From Polysphondylium violaceum (lineage: Eukaryota), in assembly GCA_000277445.1 (NCBI GenBank), contig AJWJ01000272.1, positions 1 through 30,630 on the forward strand: a DNA stretch of 30,630 bases, in the 5' to 3' direction. This document shows positions 12,179-20,823 of the stretch, piece after piece. The number at the start of each line of letters is the position of its first letter. The stretch's first letter is position 1. Under the pieces are notes generated by a model that saw only the letters and a program-made list of their open reading frames with translations, did no database searches and was not told where the DNA came from. A program made the position numbers and the translations under genes.

Positions 12179-12511
12179 AAAAACAAAAAAACATCACATT
12201 ATTTGTTATTACACACTCAATCTTTGTTTTTTTTAAAAATTTTTGTTTTTTATTATTATTTTTTTTGTTATTATAAATCACATCAAAACCATTTTCTTTA
12301 TATAACATTATATATAGATCACTCACTCATTCGCTCAACTCATTATATTGTGAACACATTTTATTTTTTTATCTTTGCTAACAATATTTTTTATTCTTTT
12401 TTTTTTTTGTAATTTTTTTTAAAATTTTTTTTGTTTTTTTTTTTTAGTATAGACGCCGATAAACTTAAATTTTTTTACTCTTTCAATATCTAAACTTAGC
12501 TAGAATACAAC

Positions 12512-13217
12512 ATGTCTGTATCAAATGAATATAAACTCGTAGTTATGGGTGGTGGTGGTGTTGGGTATGTATACAGAGATAATGATCTTTTTTAGTTTAG
12601 GATTTTTTACCAAAAGACAAGATATTAATACTTTTTTTTTTAATCAAAAACTGATCACTTAATAATACAGTAAATCAGCATTAACCATTCAATTTATCCA
12701 AAATCATTTTATTGAAGAATATGACCCAACTATCGAAGATAGCTATAGAAGACAATGTCAAGTCGATGAAGACACTTGTTTATTAGATATTCTTGATACA
12801 GCAGGTCAAGATGATTATTCAGCTATGAGAGATCAATATATGAGAACTGGTCAAGGTTTTCTTTGTGTGTATGATGTTACTTCTAGAACTTCCTTTGAAG
12901 AGATCAATCTTGTTAGAGATCAAATCATTAGAGTTAAAGACAATGAAAAAGTTCCAATCGTTTTGGTTGGAAATAAATGCGATTTAGAAAATCTTAGAGA
13001 AGTAACTCATGGAGAGGGTGAAGAATTGGCAAAATCATTTATTTGTCCATTTTTAGAAACCTCTGCTAAAAAGAGACTCAATGTAGATGAATGTTTCTTT
13101 GAAGTAGTTAGAGAAATTAAGAAATCCCTCAAAGAACCAGGTAGATCTAAAAAAGATAAGAAGGGTGTTCAAGGTTATTTGAAAAAGATTAAAGGTGGTG
13201 ATTGTATTATTTTATAA
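12512..13217 (+). CDS. rasB: Ras-subfamily small GTPase (RasB-like; ends CIIL, a CAAX box). Exons 12512..12564 and 12671..13217.
   Basis: Exon 1 encodes [18 protein letters not shown] with the codon split gg|. The intron runs GTATGTATAC...AATACAG (12565..12670). Exon 2 begins t aaa tca gca, giving [70 protein letters not shown]...NKCDL...ETSAK...CIIL. G1-G5 GTPase motifs are all present. The rasB assignment rests on recalling the [10 protein letters not shown]-terminus and is not verified. Confidence 0.85.
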
Positions 13218-13613
13218 AAAACAATCGTCAGTAATAATATTTAATAATAATAATAAGTGATAATAATAGTAATAATAGTAATAATAGTAGTAATAATCAA
13301 TAATCAATAACCAATAGCTTTTTTTTTTTTCTTTTAAGACAAGTAAAAACAAAAAAAAAAAAAAAAAAACAAAAAAAAAGAAAAAAACATCTAGAAGTGA
13401 TAGTGCATCATGACTAAATCCAACATGTACAGGCAAATTCTTAACAAACAACAACAACAACAATACCCCACTTTTTTTCTCTTGTATTTTACAAAATCAA
13501 ATAAAAATATTTAAAAATTTAGATAATAACAACTAAACTACTTATGGATGTATATATATTTTTTGTAAAATTTAAAGAAATACTTTTTTTTTATTATTTG
13601 TTTAATTTAAAGT

Positions 13614-14750
13614 TTATAATTCTTTTTTGATTTCTTTTTTGACATCTTTCAAATCTTTCTTGACTCTGTTTGTATTTAAAGTTGGTTGTACTGGTCTATT
13701 TAAACCATACCAACCACCTAATGAGGCTAAACCAAGAATAACACCAAATCTAGTGAGGAACGAAGAGTTGGGGAAGATATAACTAGAGGCGACTGAACCA
13801 GAAACACCACCAATACCAGCCCAAATAGCACCAGATCTTTGATTCATATGATTAAAGTCACGACGGAAATCTTTGATACCATCTTGGACATTGGATCCAA
13901 CCTTTTCAATAGCATCAAAAGAGTCATCCAAAGTTTCATGAGTCTTTTTCTTTAAGTGATTGATAGTTTGATGAGTATTGTCAACAACATCATCCAACAT
14001 ATCGACTCCCTTTTGAGTGGCTTCATGGGTCTTGTTTTCAACAGTTTTCCATGTATCTTTGGCTTTCTCTTGGAGATCTTCAGTGGTGTCAGCGATATGT
14101 TGTTGGGAACCCTTGAGGAAATTGCTGATTCCAGACATGAGACCTTGGGCTTCCTCATCAAGTTTTTCAGAACCCTTTTCGAGACCTTCCTTAAGGTTCT
14201 TGTTTGCTTTTTTGGCTTTTTCATTGACATTTTCAGAGGCTTGGCCGAGGGTTTTCTTTACACTATCATAGCTATTTTGGAGATAATCTTGGGTATTTTT
14301 GGCTCCTTGGTCAAGGCCTTCTTTCATGTGTTCCCAGGATTTTTCAGCTTTTCTGCTTAAATCACCACCAAAGTCACCCAATTCCTCTTTGGCATAGTCC
14401 ATAGAGTGGCTAACGTGTTTGTTTAAATCATGAGCTTCCTTCTTTACGTAATCGGCACCTTTTTCCAAGTTTTTGTTTACGTTGTTGGCACCCTTTTTAA
14501 CAGAACGTTCAGCTTCATTCAAGTTCTTTTTGGCATTATATTCGAGATCGCTAGCCTTATCTTTACCCTTTTCAACTGCTTCATTGAAATTCTTTTTGGC
14601 CTTTTTACCTTGGATTTCGGCTTCGTGGCTCATAGAGTTGTAGTCCTTATTGATGGAGTGCTTTAATTTATCTTTTGAGTAATCAACCTCTTCCTTGAGA
14701 TCTCTAGCACCATATTTCATATCGGTTTTAATGTCATCACCTCTACCCAT
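13614..14750 (-). CDS. Hydrophilic amphipathic-repeat (LEA-like) protein, 378 aa, with a C-terminal glycine-zipper hydrophobic hairpin. Single exon.
   Basis: A long uninterrupted minus-strand ORF. Codons are strongly biased towards C/T-ending (GGT, ACC, TCT, AAG, TTC), which is atypical for this AT-rich genome and suggests high expression. There are about 25 degenerate roughly 11-mer K/E/A/N-rich repeats (KKNLNEAERSVKKGANNVNKNLEKGADYVKKEAHDLNKHV...). The C-terminus is AIWAGIGGVSGSVASSYIFPNSSFLTRFGVILGLASLGGWYGL followed by a basic tail. Confidence 0.85.
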   Translation of the reverse strand: MGRGDDIKTDMKYGARDLKEEVDYSKDKLKHSINKDYNSMSHEAEIQGKKAKKNFNEAVEKGKDKASDLEYNAKKNLNEAERSVKKGANNVNKNLEKGADYVKKEAHDLNKHVSHSMDYAKEELGDFGGDLSRKAEKSWEHMKEGLDQGAKNTQDYLQNSYDSVKKTLGQASENVNEKAKKANKNLKEGLEKGSEKLDEEAQGLMSGISNFLKGSQQHIADTTEDLQEKAKDTWKTVENKTHEATQKGVDMLDDVVDNTHQTINHLKKKTHETLDDSFDAIEKVGSNVQDGIKDFRRDFNHMNQRSGAIWAGIGGVSGSVASSYIFPNSSFLTRFGVILGLASLGGWYGLNRPVQPTLNTNRVKKDLKDVKKEIKKEL

Positions 14751-15348
14751 TTTGTATTTGTTTTATAGATTTTTTTAAAACTAATATTATTTTTAATTGT
14801 ATATAGGAATTAGTATTTGAAAAATAGATATAGAAAATAGATTTATAGATAATTACTAAAAAAAATAAAAGATTAATTGTATGTATGTTTTAAAAAAGAT
14901 TATATTATGAATTTTCAAATTGAAAATATTTGTTATTTTTGTAAATACTAAGTGCTAAATGGATGCTTTTTATACTATTAGATATTTGCATATTTTTTTT
15001 TTTTTTCAAAAAATAATATATTCAAAATAAAATAGATTTATCATAATAATTACTATGATACACCACAACCTTTTTTAGAAATCAACACAAATTTATTCCT
15101 TTTTTTCAATACATTGTGTGGTAAGTTCACTTTTTTTAAAAAAAATAAAAACAAACTATTACCCCTTATGGTAAAATGTCGAATTTAGGAAAGTAAGATG
15201 TGTTTAGAAATATGATAATAGTAATTCATAATATAGCCACTCAGGGAAAAAAATTCAAAAATATTATAATTAATTGCAATGATCTAGATCGTTTGTTTAT
15301 AGAAAAGAAAATTTAAATTTATTTATTAATCTAGTAAAAAATATACGA

Positions 15349-15642
15349 CTATATTGTAGCCTTGGTTGGTGGGGATGAGAACTTTTTCATGATATCAGAG
15401 TCACTAAGAGGCTTTGCATTTGATGTTTCTTGAATTGTGTGATCTTTAATTCCTAAATCACTAAATAAGTCATTGTCATTACTATTATTACTATTATTAT
15501 TATTGCTGTTATTATTTTGCTTTGATTTTGTAGTTGGTTTTGGTGATTCATATGATATCAATGATTCTGTTCCAAGGGGTAACACTTTGGGTGATGGTGA
15601 TTCTGTAGTGGTTTCAAAATCTAAATCTATTAAACTTGACAT
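15349..15642 (-). CDS. Possible small S/T/N-rich protein (97 aa)
   Basis: An isolated ORF with an aaaagaATG context in an AT-rich intergenic island, encoding a low-complexity N/S tract. It may instead be an exon of a larger gene or spurious. Confidence 0.3.
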   Translation of the reverse strand: MSSLIDLDFETTTESPSPKVLPLGTESLISYESPKPTTKSKQNNNSNNNNSNNSNDNDLFSDLGIKDHTIQETSNAKPLSDSDIMKKFSSPPTKATI

Positions 15643-16633
15643 TCTTTTTAAATAATTTGACTATATATAAATTTATAAAAAGGAAAAACGATGAACGATT
15701 TTAAAAAAATAAAGACTGATAAATAAGAATGTATATATGACTGGTAAAATATGTACAATAGGTTATAAAAAAAAAAGGGAAAAATACAATAATATTATAG
15801 AAATTATTATAAAATGATGGATGAATGATACTATACAGAATAAATAAATTGGTTATATTTATATGGGATAATGGTAATAAAGAGAGAGATACTGAGAAAG
15901 AGATATTTTATTAAATTTAAAAATAATTAAAATTATTTACACAATGGAGAGAGGTGTATGGATAGTATATAGTAGTAGTAAACAATGCAGCTTTGGTTTG
16001 AGTGGTAGTGAGTGAGTGTGAGAGTGGGGTTTTCTGATAGTTCGAAAAAGATATAATTGTATTGTACAATACAAAATACAAAATCTATGTGTGGTACAAA
16101 GGGGGTGATATAAAAAAACAAATAAATGAAAAAAATAAACCCGTAATTTTATTTATCGACAATATTAATTGTATTTTTTTCAATTTCATAGCTCTAATGC
16201 CATTTTGGGGATAAATTAAAATATTTTTTTATTTTTTGCTTTTTTTTTTGTTTGGATTATGATAAGGGGATTTTATTTGAAAAATTGTAAAAAAATTAAA
16301 TTAATGATGATTCGCTGTATGGAGCCTCAAACTGGGGTCATAAATTACAAAAAAAAAAAAGGACCAACCACAAAAATAGCTTTAGTTATTAATTGATGTG
16401 ATCAACTATTTATCTCTCTCGCTCTACCCTTTCTATATTTTTTTTTCTTTTTTTCTTTTTTTCTTTTTTTTTTTTTTTTGTCTTTTTCCCATGGGAAAAC
16501 AACAACTATATACATATATGATAAATGTTACAAGGAAAGAATTCTATATATAAGAATACAATTTTGTTTAATATATAAGGAGTTTTGATCTATTATAAAG
16601 TCTAAATATGCATAAAAGAGAGAGAGGTTAATA

Positions 16634-17176
16634 TTAAAATTTGAAAGAATTACTCTGATAATAAATCAACACATACCTTCCGGGTGGTGAAGATTGAGCC
16701 ATAAATTCGCCAATGGTGAGTAAATCATTTGAATTATCTCTTTTTTCAGAAGTAAAAATAAATTCTTCAACAGTAAGTAAATCTTCTTCCTCCTCTTCTG
16801 AATTTGTAGTGGTAGTGGTGCTATTTGTAATTGTATTTGAGGCAGATTCAGATTGTACTAAATTTCCTCCTCTTTGTTGATTTGGACCTTTACAACTTGA
16901 AATAAATTCCTCGACAGTCATCAAACAATTTTCATTTTCAACGTTTTGAGTGTGACCTTCGCCAGATTCTTCCTCTTCTTTATTTAAACCTAAAATGAAT
17001 TCCTCAACGGTCATTAAATCATTATTGTTTTCAGTATATTGTGAAACAGCTTCCTCTTCTTCCTCTTCGCCTGAACTAGTAGTACTATTATTAATACTGT
17101 TGTTACTATTGTTTAATCTATTTGTAGGAGATGAGAGTGTATTGGTTCTTCTTCTGATTGGAATGTGAATTCTCAT
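16634..17176 (-). CDS. Acidic protein with four tandem acidic-run + [D/C]L[M/L]T[V/I]EEF[I/M] motif units. 3' end unresolved: a donor GTATGT lies at about 16676 and the terminal exon was not identified.
   Basis: ORF from ATG 17176. The motifs DLMTVEEFI, CLMTVEEFI, DLLTVEEFI and DLLTIGEFM are spaced 35-45 aa apart, each preceded by E-runs. The reading frame hits GTATGTGTTG right after ...SSPPGR, indicating a downstream exon at lower coordinates. Confidence 0.55.
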   Translation of the reverse strand: MRIHIPIRRRTNTLSSPTNRLNNSNNSINNSTTSSGEEEEEEAVSQYTENNNDLMTVEEFILGLNKEEEESGEGHTQNVENENCLMTVEEFISSCKGPNQQRGGNLVQSESASNTITNSTTTTTNSEEEEEDLLTVEEFIFTSEKRDNSNDLLTIGEFMAQSSPPGRYVLIYYQSNSFKF

Positions 17177-17404
17177 TTTTTAAGGAAAATGGTTTTTATA
17201 TATATATTGTGAATTTGATGTAAAAGTTTTTATACAGAGATGTTTGATGTGATGATACTAGTTTATTAACAGCAAACAAGAACAACAACAACAACAACAG
17301 CCAAAGATATTAATTACAATTGTAGTGAAAAGTGGATAGTTGGTTATTTATACAAAAAATAAATTATTAAAAAATTAAATAAACAACAGTTGCTGTTTTG
17401 ATGA

Positions 17405-17890
17405 ATGTTTTGTTTTGGGTGTGTGAGTGTGTGTTATGATGGATGATAACTAATTGTATGTGTTATGTATATGGGGTTGATGATTATGTAGGAAAGAAAG
17501 AATGATTATTTTACAGTTTATATATGAGGTAGGAAAAAAAAATGAGAACAATACTTTTGTGTGGGTGTGTGAGTGTGTGAAAAAATGGGGGGAGGTTTAG
17601 TATAACGAATAGGGAAATAGAGTGTTTAAATTTATATGATGATGATGATGATGGGTATTATATATGAAATAGTTTATTAATATGTGAATATATGTATATT
17701 AATTAATATATGTGTATGATGTAGTATAGTTAAAAAATATAACTAAAGAGTAAAGTTTATATATATAAAGTTTTAATTTAAAATAAAAAAAAAAAAAAAA
17801 AGAAAAAACAAAAACAAAAAACAAAGACACAAAGGAGGACTAATCTCGAGAAGTATTTTGATGTTGTGTGAGTGTTGGTGTGTGTGTTAT
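17405..17890. promoter_or_regulatory. Cluster of three GTGTGTGAGTGTGTG-like elements (about 17410-17425, 17561-17581 and 17866-17890) in the 5' intergenic region of the DLMTVEEFI-repeat gene
   Basis: The motif gtgtgtgagtgtgtg, with variants, recurs here. Similar copies occur at 16001-16030, 23161-23180 (CA form) and 25255-25480, each upstream of a gene start. Confidence 0.3.
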
Positions 17891-18375
17891 AGAAAAGAAA
17901 GTAAATGGAAAAAAAAGGGGGTTGAAAACAAAGGAGAGTCCCAATTTTTTCTATTTTTTTTTGCAAAATGAGTTTTAGATTATTTAGATTTTTTGATAAA
18001 ATTGATTGATTGTAATCACACTCCATTGAGATTTGCTTGGATTCTTCTTAGGCTCTATAAAATTTCTGTGTGATGTTTAGTGTATGATCTTTTCTTATAA
18101 AATGTTGGGCAAGATAGATATTTCTTTTATTCTCGAGATCTTTTGATTCACAAAACGTGATGAAAAATAAAACAGACCCACACACAATTAGGAGTGAAAA
18201 GTGTGTTTGGTTGATTTCTCAAACAAATCTATTTATACGACCTGTTGATAAATAAATCTGATTTATCATTCGTATCAATACTAGGGTTATTAATTATATG
18301 TTTATGATTATATTATGATAAACATGCAGAATAAAGTCTAATTATAAATCCAAGGGTGCGTGTACCCTTTTCTTT

Positions 18376-18376
<1 letters not shown>

Positions 18377-18409
<33 letters not shown>
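18377..18409. repeat. Poly(dT) tract of about 33 nt (poly(dA) on the minus strand), about 140 nt downstream of the eIF3e stop
   Basis: An uninterrupted T run in the sequence. Such tracts are typical of dictyostelid intergenic and 3' regions. Confidence 0.9.
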
Positions 18410-18412
<3 letters not shown>

Positions 18413-18546
18413 TTTAAAATTTATTGGTAAGAAGAGGGGACAAAGTATGTATCATCATATGATTAATAGAGGGAGTAAAATATATCAACATATATTATTA
18501 TTATTATTATCTGTTGTTGCATTATAATCTATATATAACATATGGT

Positions 18547-20371
18547 TTAAGCGGTGGTGACTGGGGTGGCGGTGGCGGTAGTGGTGGTAGTGGCGCCAGC
18601 AGCTGGTGTGGTGGTGTTGTTGGTTCTATTATTATTTTGACGGTTTTTGTTACGGTCACCAGTCTTTTTAAGTTGAGTTCTAGATTCATTGATACCTACA
18701 ACAATTTCAATACCACGATTGAATAATTGTTTAGTTTTATCCATGACTTGACGATAAGAGTTGTTATGTTGGGAAAACATTTTAATTTGATTATTTGCAG
18801 AATCAATCTTGGCGGTGAATCTTGCATTTCTAATGGCTTCGACAATCCATTTCTCTGATGATTCGGATGGGATTCTTAAACTCTTGCATAACATACTGAT
18901 AGTAGTAATAGTTTTATGGGTGTTAATATTTAATAATCATAATAATAATAATATCTATTCATTAATTATACACATACTCTATATCAATATTTTCATGAAT
19001 ATTACAATAAGTTTCAAAGATACAAGTACGAGAAGATTCAATAAATTCCTCCAAGGCACCTCTTAAAAAGTAATCATTGGCAATAATTTTTTCACAAAGA
19101 GACAATTGAGTTTGAGCTTCTTCAAAGTTGAATTTGACATAATTGCTTGAAATAAAAGAGAGGATTGGATCAGAGTAAACATAGCCTTCTTGTTCAATGA
19201 CTCTAACTAAAACATTTAATTGTCTTTGGAAAAGATTGCTTTGTAACTTTTTCTTATTGGTGATGATAGCAACGGCTAAATAACGAAGAATATATGGACA
19301 AGTGGTTTGAACGGCATTTAAATATTTATCGTCTAATAATAAATCTACAAACATTGATTTGTTTTCTTGACCACTTAAAAAGAATACAAACAATGCTCTA
19401 TGAATTAACCATGCTCTTTGATACAATTGATCTACTGGTAAACCCTGTATTATGAATAGTAGAGTAAATATATTGTATCCAAACTAAACTAATAACTAAT
19501 AACACTATACACGCAATAGGAGTATAATACACATACATTTGAGTCAATTTGATCTTGAAGTGGTTTAATATCACCGATGGCAGAGGTCCAATTTAAACTT
19601 AAAATATCAGATTCCAAAATACCCCAAGAGGCAGAGAGTTTCTTTTCTTTGTTATATGGTGTGAGTAAAGAGAATACTTCGAGGTAATCTCTAGAGGCGC
19701 TATATTTTCCTACTTCAAAAGATAATTTAGCTAATCTATATAATGAATCCAAAGTTTCTGGTGTAGTTTTTTCAGCAACTTGACCTAATGTAATGGTTGG
19801 TGCAACTGGTGCAACAGCTGGTGTAGTGGTTGGTTGTTCTTCACCTGAAGCAGTGGCTGCTTGTTGTTGTTGTTGGTGTTGTTGATGTTGTTGTTCTTTT
19901 TGTTCTCTGTATTGTTTCTTCATTTCAATGAATTGAGTGATATATTCACAATCTTTAGATAATTTATCGAGTTCATTTTCAAGTTTTTCCTTCTTTTGTT
20001 TAAGATTTGATGTATCTCTGCCTAAAGCTTCATAAACGTTGATGGCAAAATCGCAACAACCAGTTTGATCTAAAATATCAGCTTTGGCATTATTGATTTG
20101 ATCTTCTGGGTATTGAGATGTTTCCTATTATTTTATAAATAAATTTCTATTGATTAGATACTATTCACATCTGTATGTTTCTGTGTGTCTGTGTGCTTAG
20201 GCTTCATGCTACTCCTACATCACACATTTCTTTGTTATCGTGTTGTGCGTGCATCTATCTCCTATCTATCTATTTAGCATATTAAAACCTTACTTTGAGA
20301 AATTCGATCAAAGGAAGCATCATGTGTGAGTCCAAATATGAACATATTTGTTTAGTTAAATCGTATTCCAT
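18547..20371 (-). CDS. eif3E: Eukaryotic translation initiation factor 3 subunit e (eIF3e/Int-6; PCI domain). Exons (5' to 3') 20294..20371, 19537..20124, 18978..19444 and 18547..18895.
   Basis: Exon 1 encodes MEYDLTKQICSYLDSHMMLPLIEFLK, matching human [29 protein letters not shown]. Its donor is GTAAGG. Exon 2 covers ...ILDQTGCCDFAINVYEAL...DSLYRLAKLSFEVGKYSASRDYLEVF...DQIDSN with donor GTATGT. Exon 3 covers GLPVDQLYQRAWLIHRALFVFF...CPYILRYLAVAIITNKK...GALEEFIESSRTCIFETYCNIHENIDI, with donor GTATGT in phase 2. Exon 4 covers D MLCKSLRIPSESSEKWIVEAIRNARFTAKIDS...NESRTQLKK plus an N/T-rich tail. The exon 2/3 junction coordinate was adjusted by 1 nt for phase consistency with the ORF-track frames. 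Confidence 0.88.
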
Positions 20372-20823
20372 TTTGGTGTCTATTTGATTGTTATAAATAA
20401 ATATATACAATGATCGCTAATCAGAATACTTAGACGTAAAAAAAAAAAAAAAAAAAAAAATTAATTGAGGGCGAGAACATTCAAAAAAATTTTATGAAGA
20501 GGATTTGAGTGTAACGTTGGGGTTTTTTTTTTTTCGCGTCAAAAAAAAAATGAAGAAATGTGCGAGAAGGAGCTGAAACAATACCATCCTATTGATGATC
20601 ACAATACTTTTTGAATGCGATAGTCCCCAAGATATTAATAGATAGAACGTCATATTTTGCATTCGTTTGTTTATCTCTTATATATATTTATCGGCTCGAC
20701 ACCTAATTGTTGGCAATATACTCTTTTTCGAAAAATTGTTAAGAAAGCAAGACTGAATGATGGTTTATAGAATAACAAGAATGAGAATAACAAAACAAAT
20801 AAAATAATAAAATAATAAAATCT

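Noticed and set aside
13952-14666. Four ORFs overlapping the LEA-like gene on either strand
   Set aside because: These are alternative frames or antisense of a strongly codon-biased gene. The LEA-like frame is the only one with coherent repeat structure and a start context.
18915-18935. ACCCATAA octamer on the minus strand matching the Dictyostelium DUSE ncRNA upstream element
   Set aside because: It lies inside eIF3e intron 3, with coding exon sequence about 60 nt downstream. An 8-mer is expected by chance in 30 kb, and there is no class I RNA-like motif (CCTTACAGCAA) nearby.
18514-19066. Plus-strand ORFs 18514..18726 (GGGSGGSG-rich) and 18809..19066
   Set aside because: They are antisense to eIF3e exon 4 and intron 3, and are a low-complexity reflection of the N/T-rich tail on the opposite strand.
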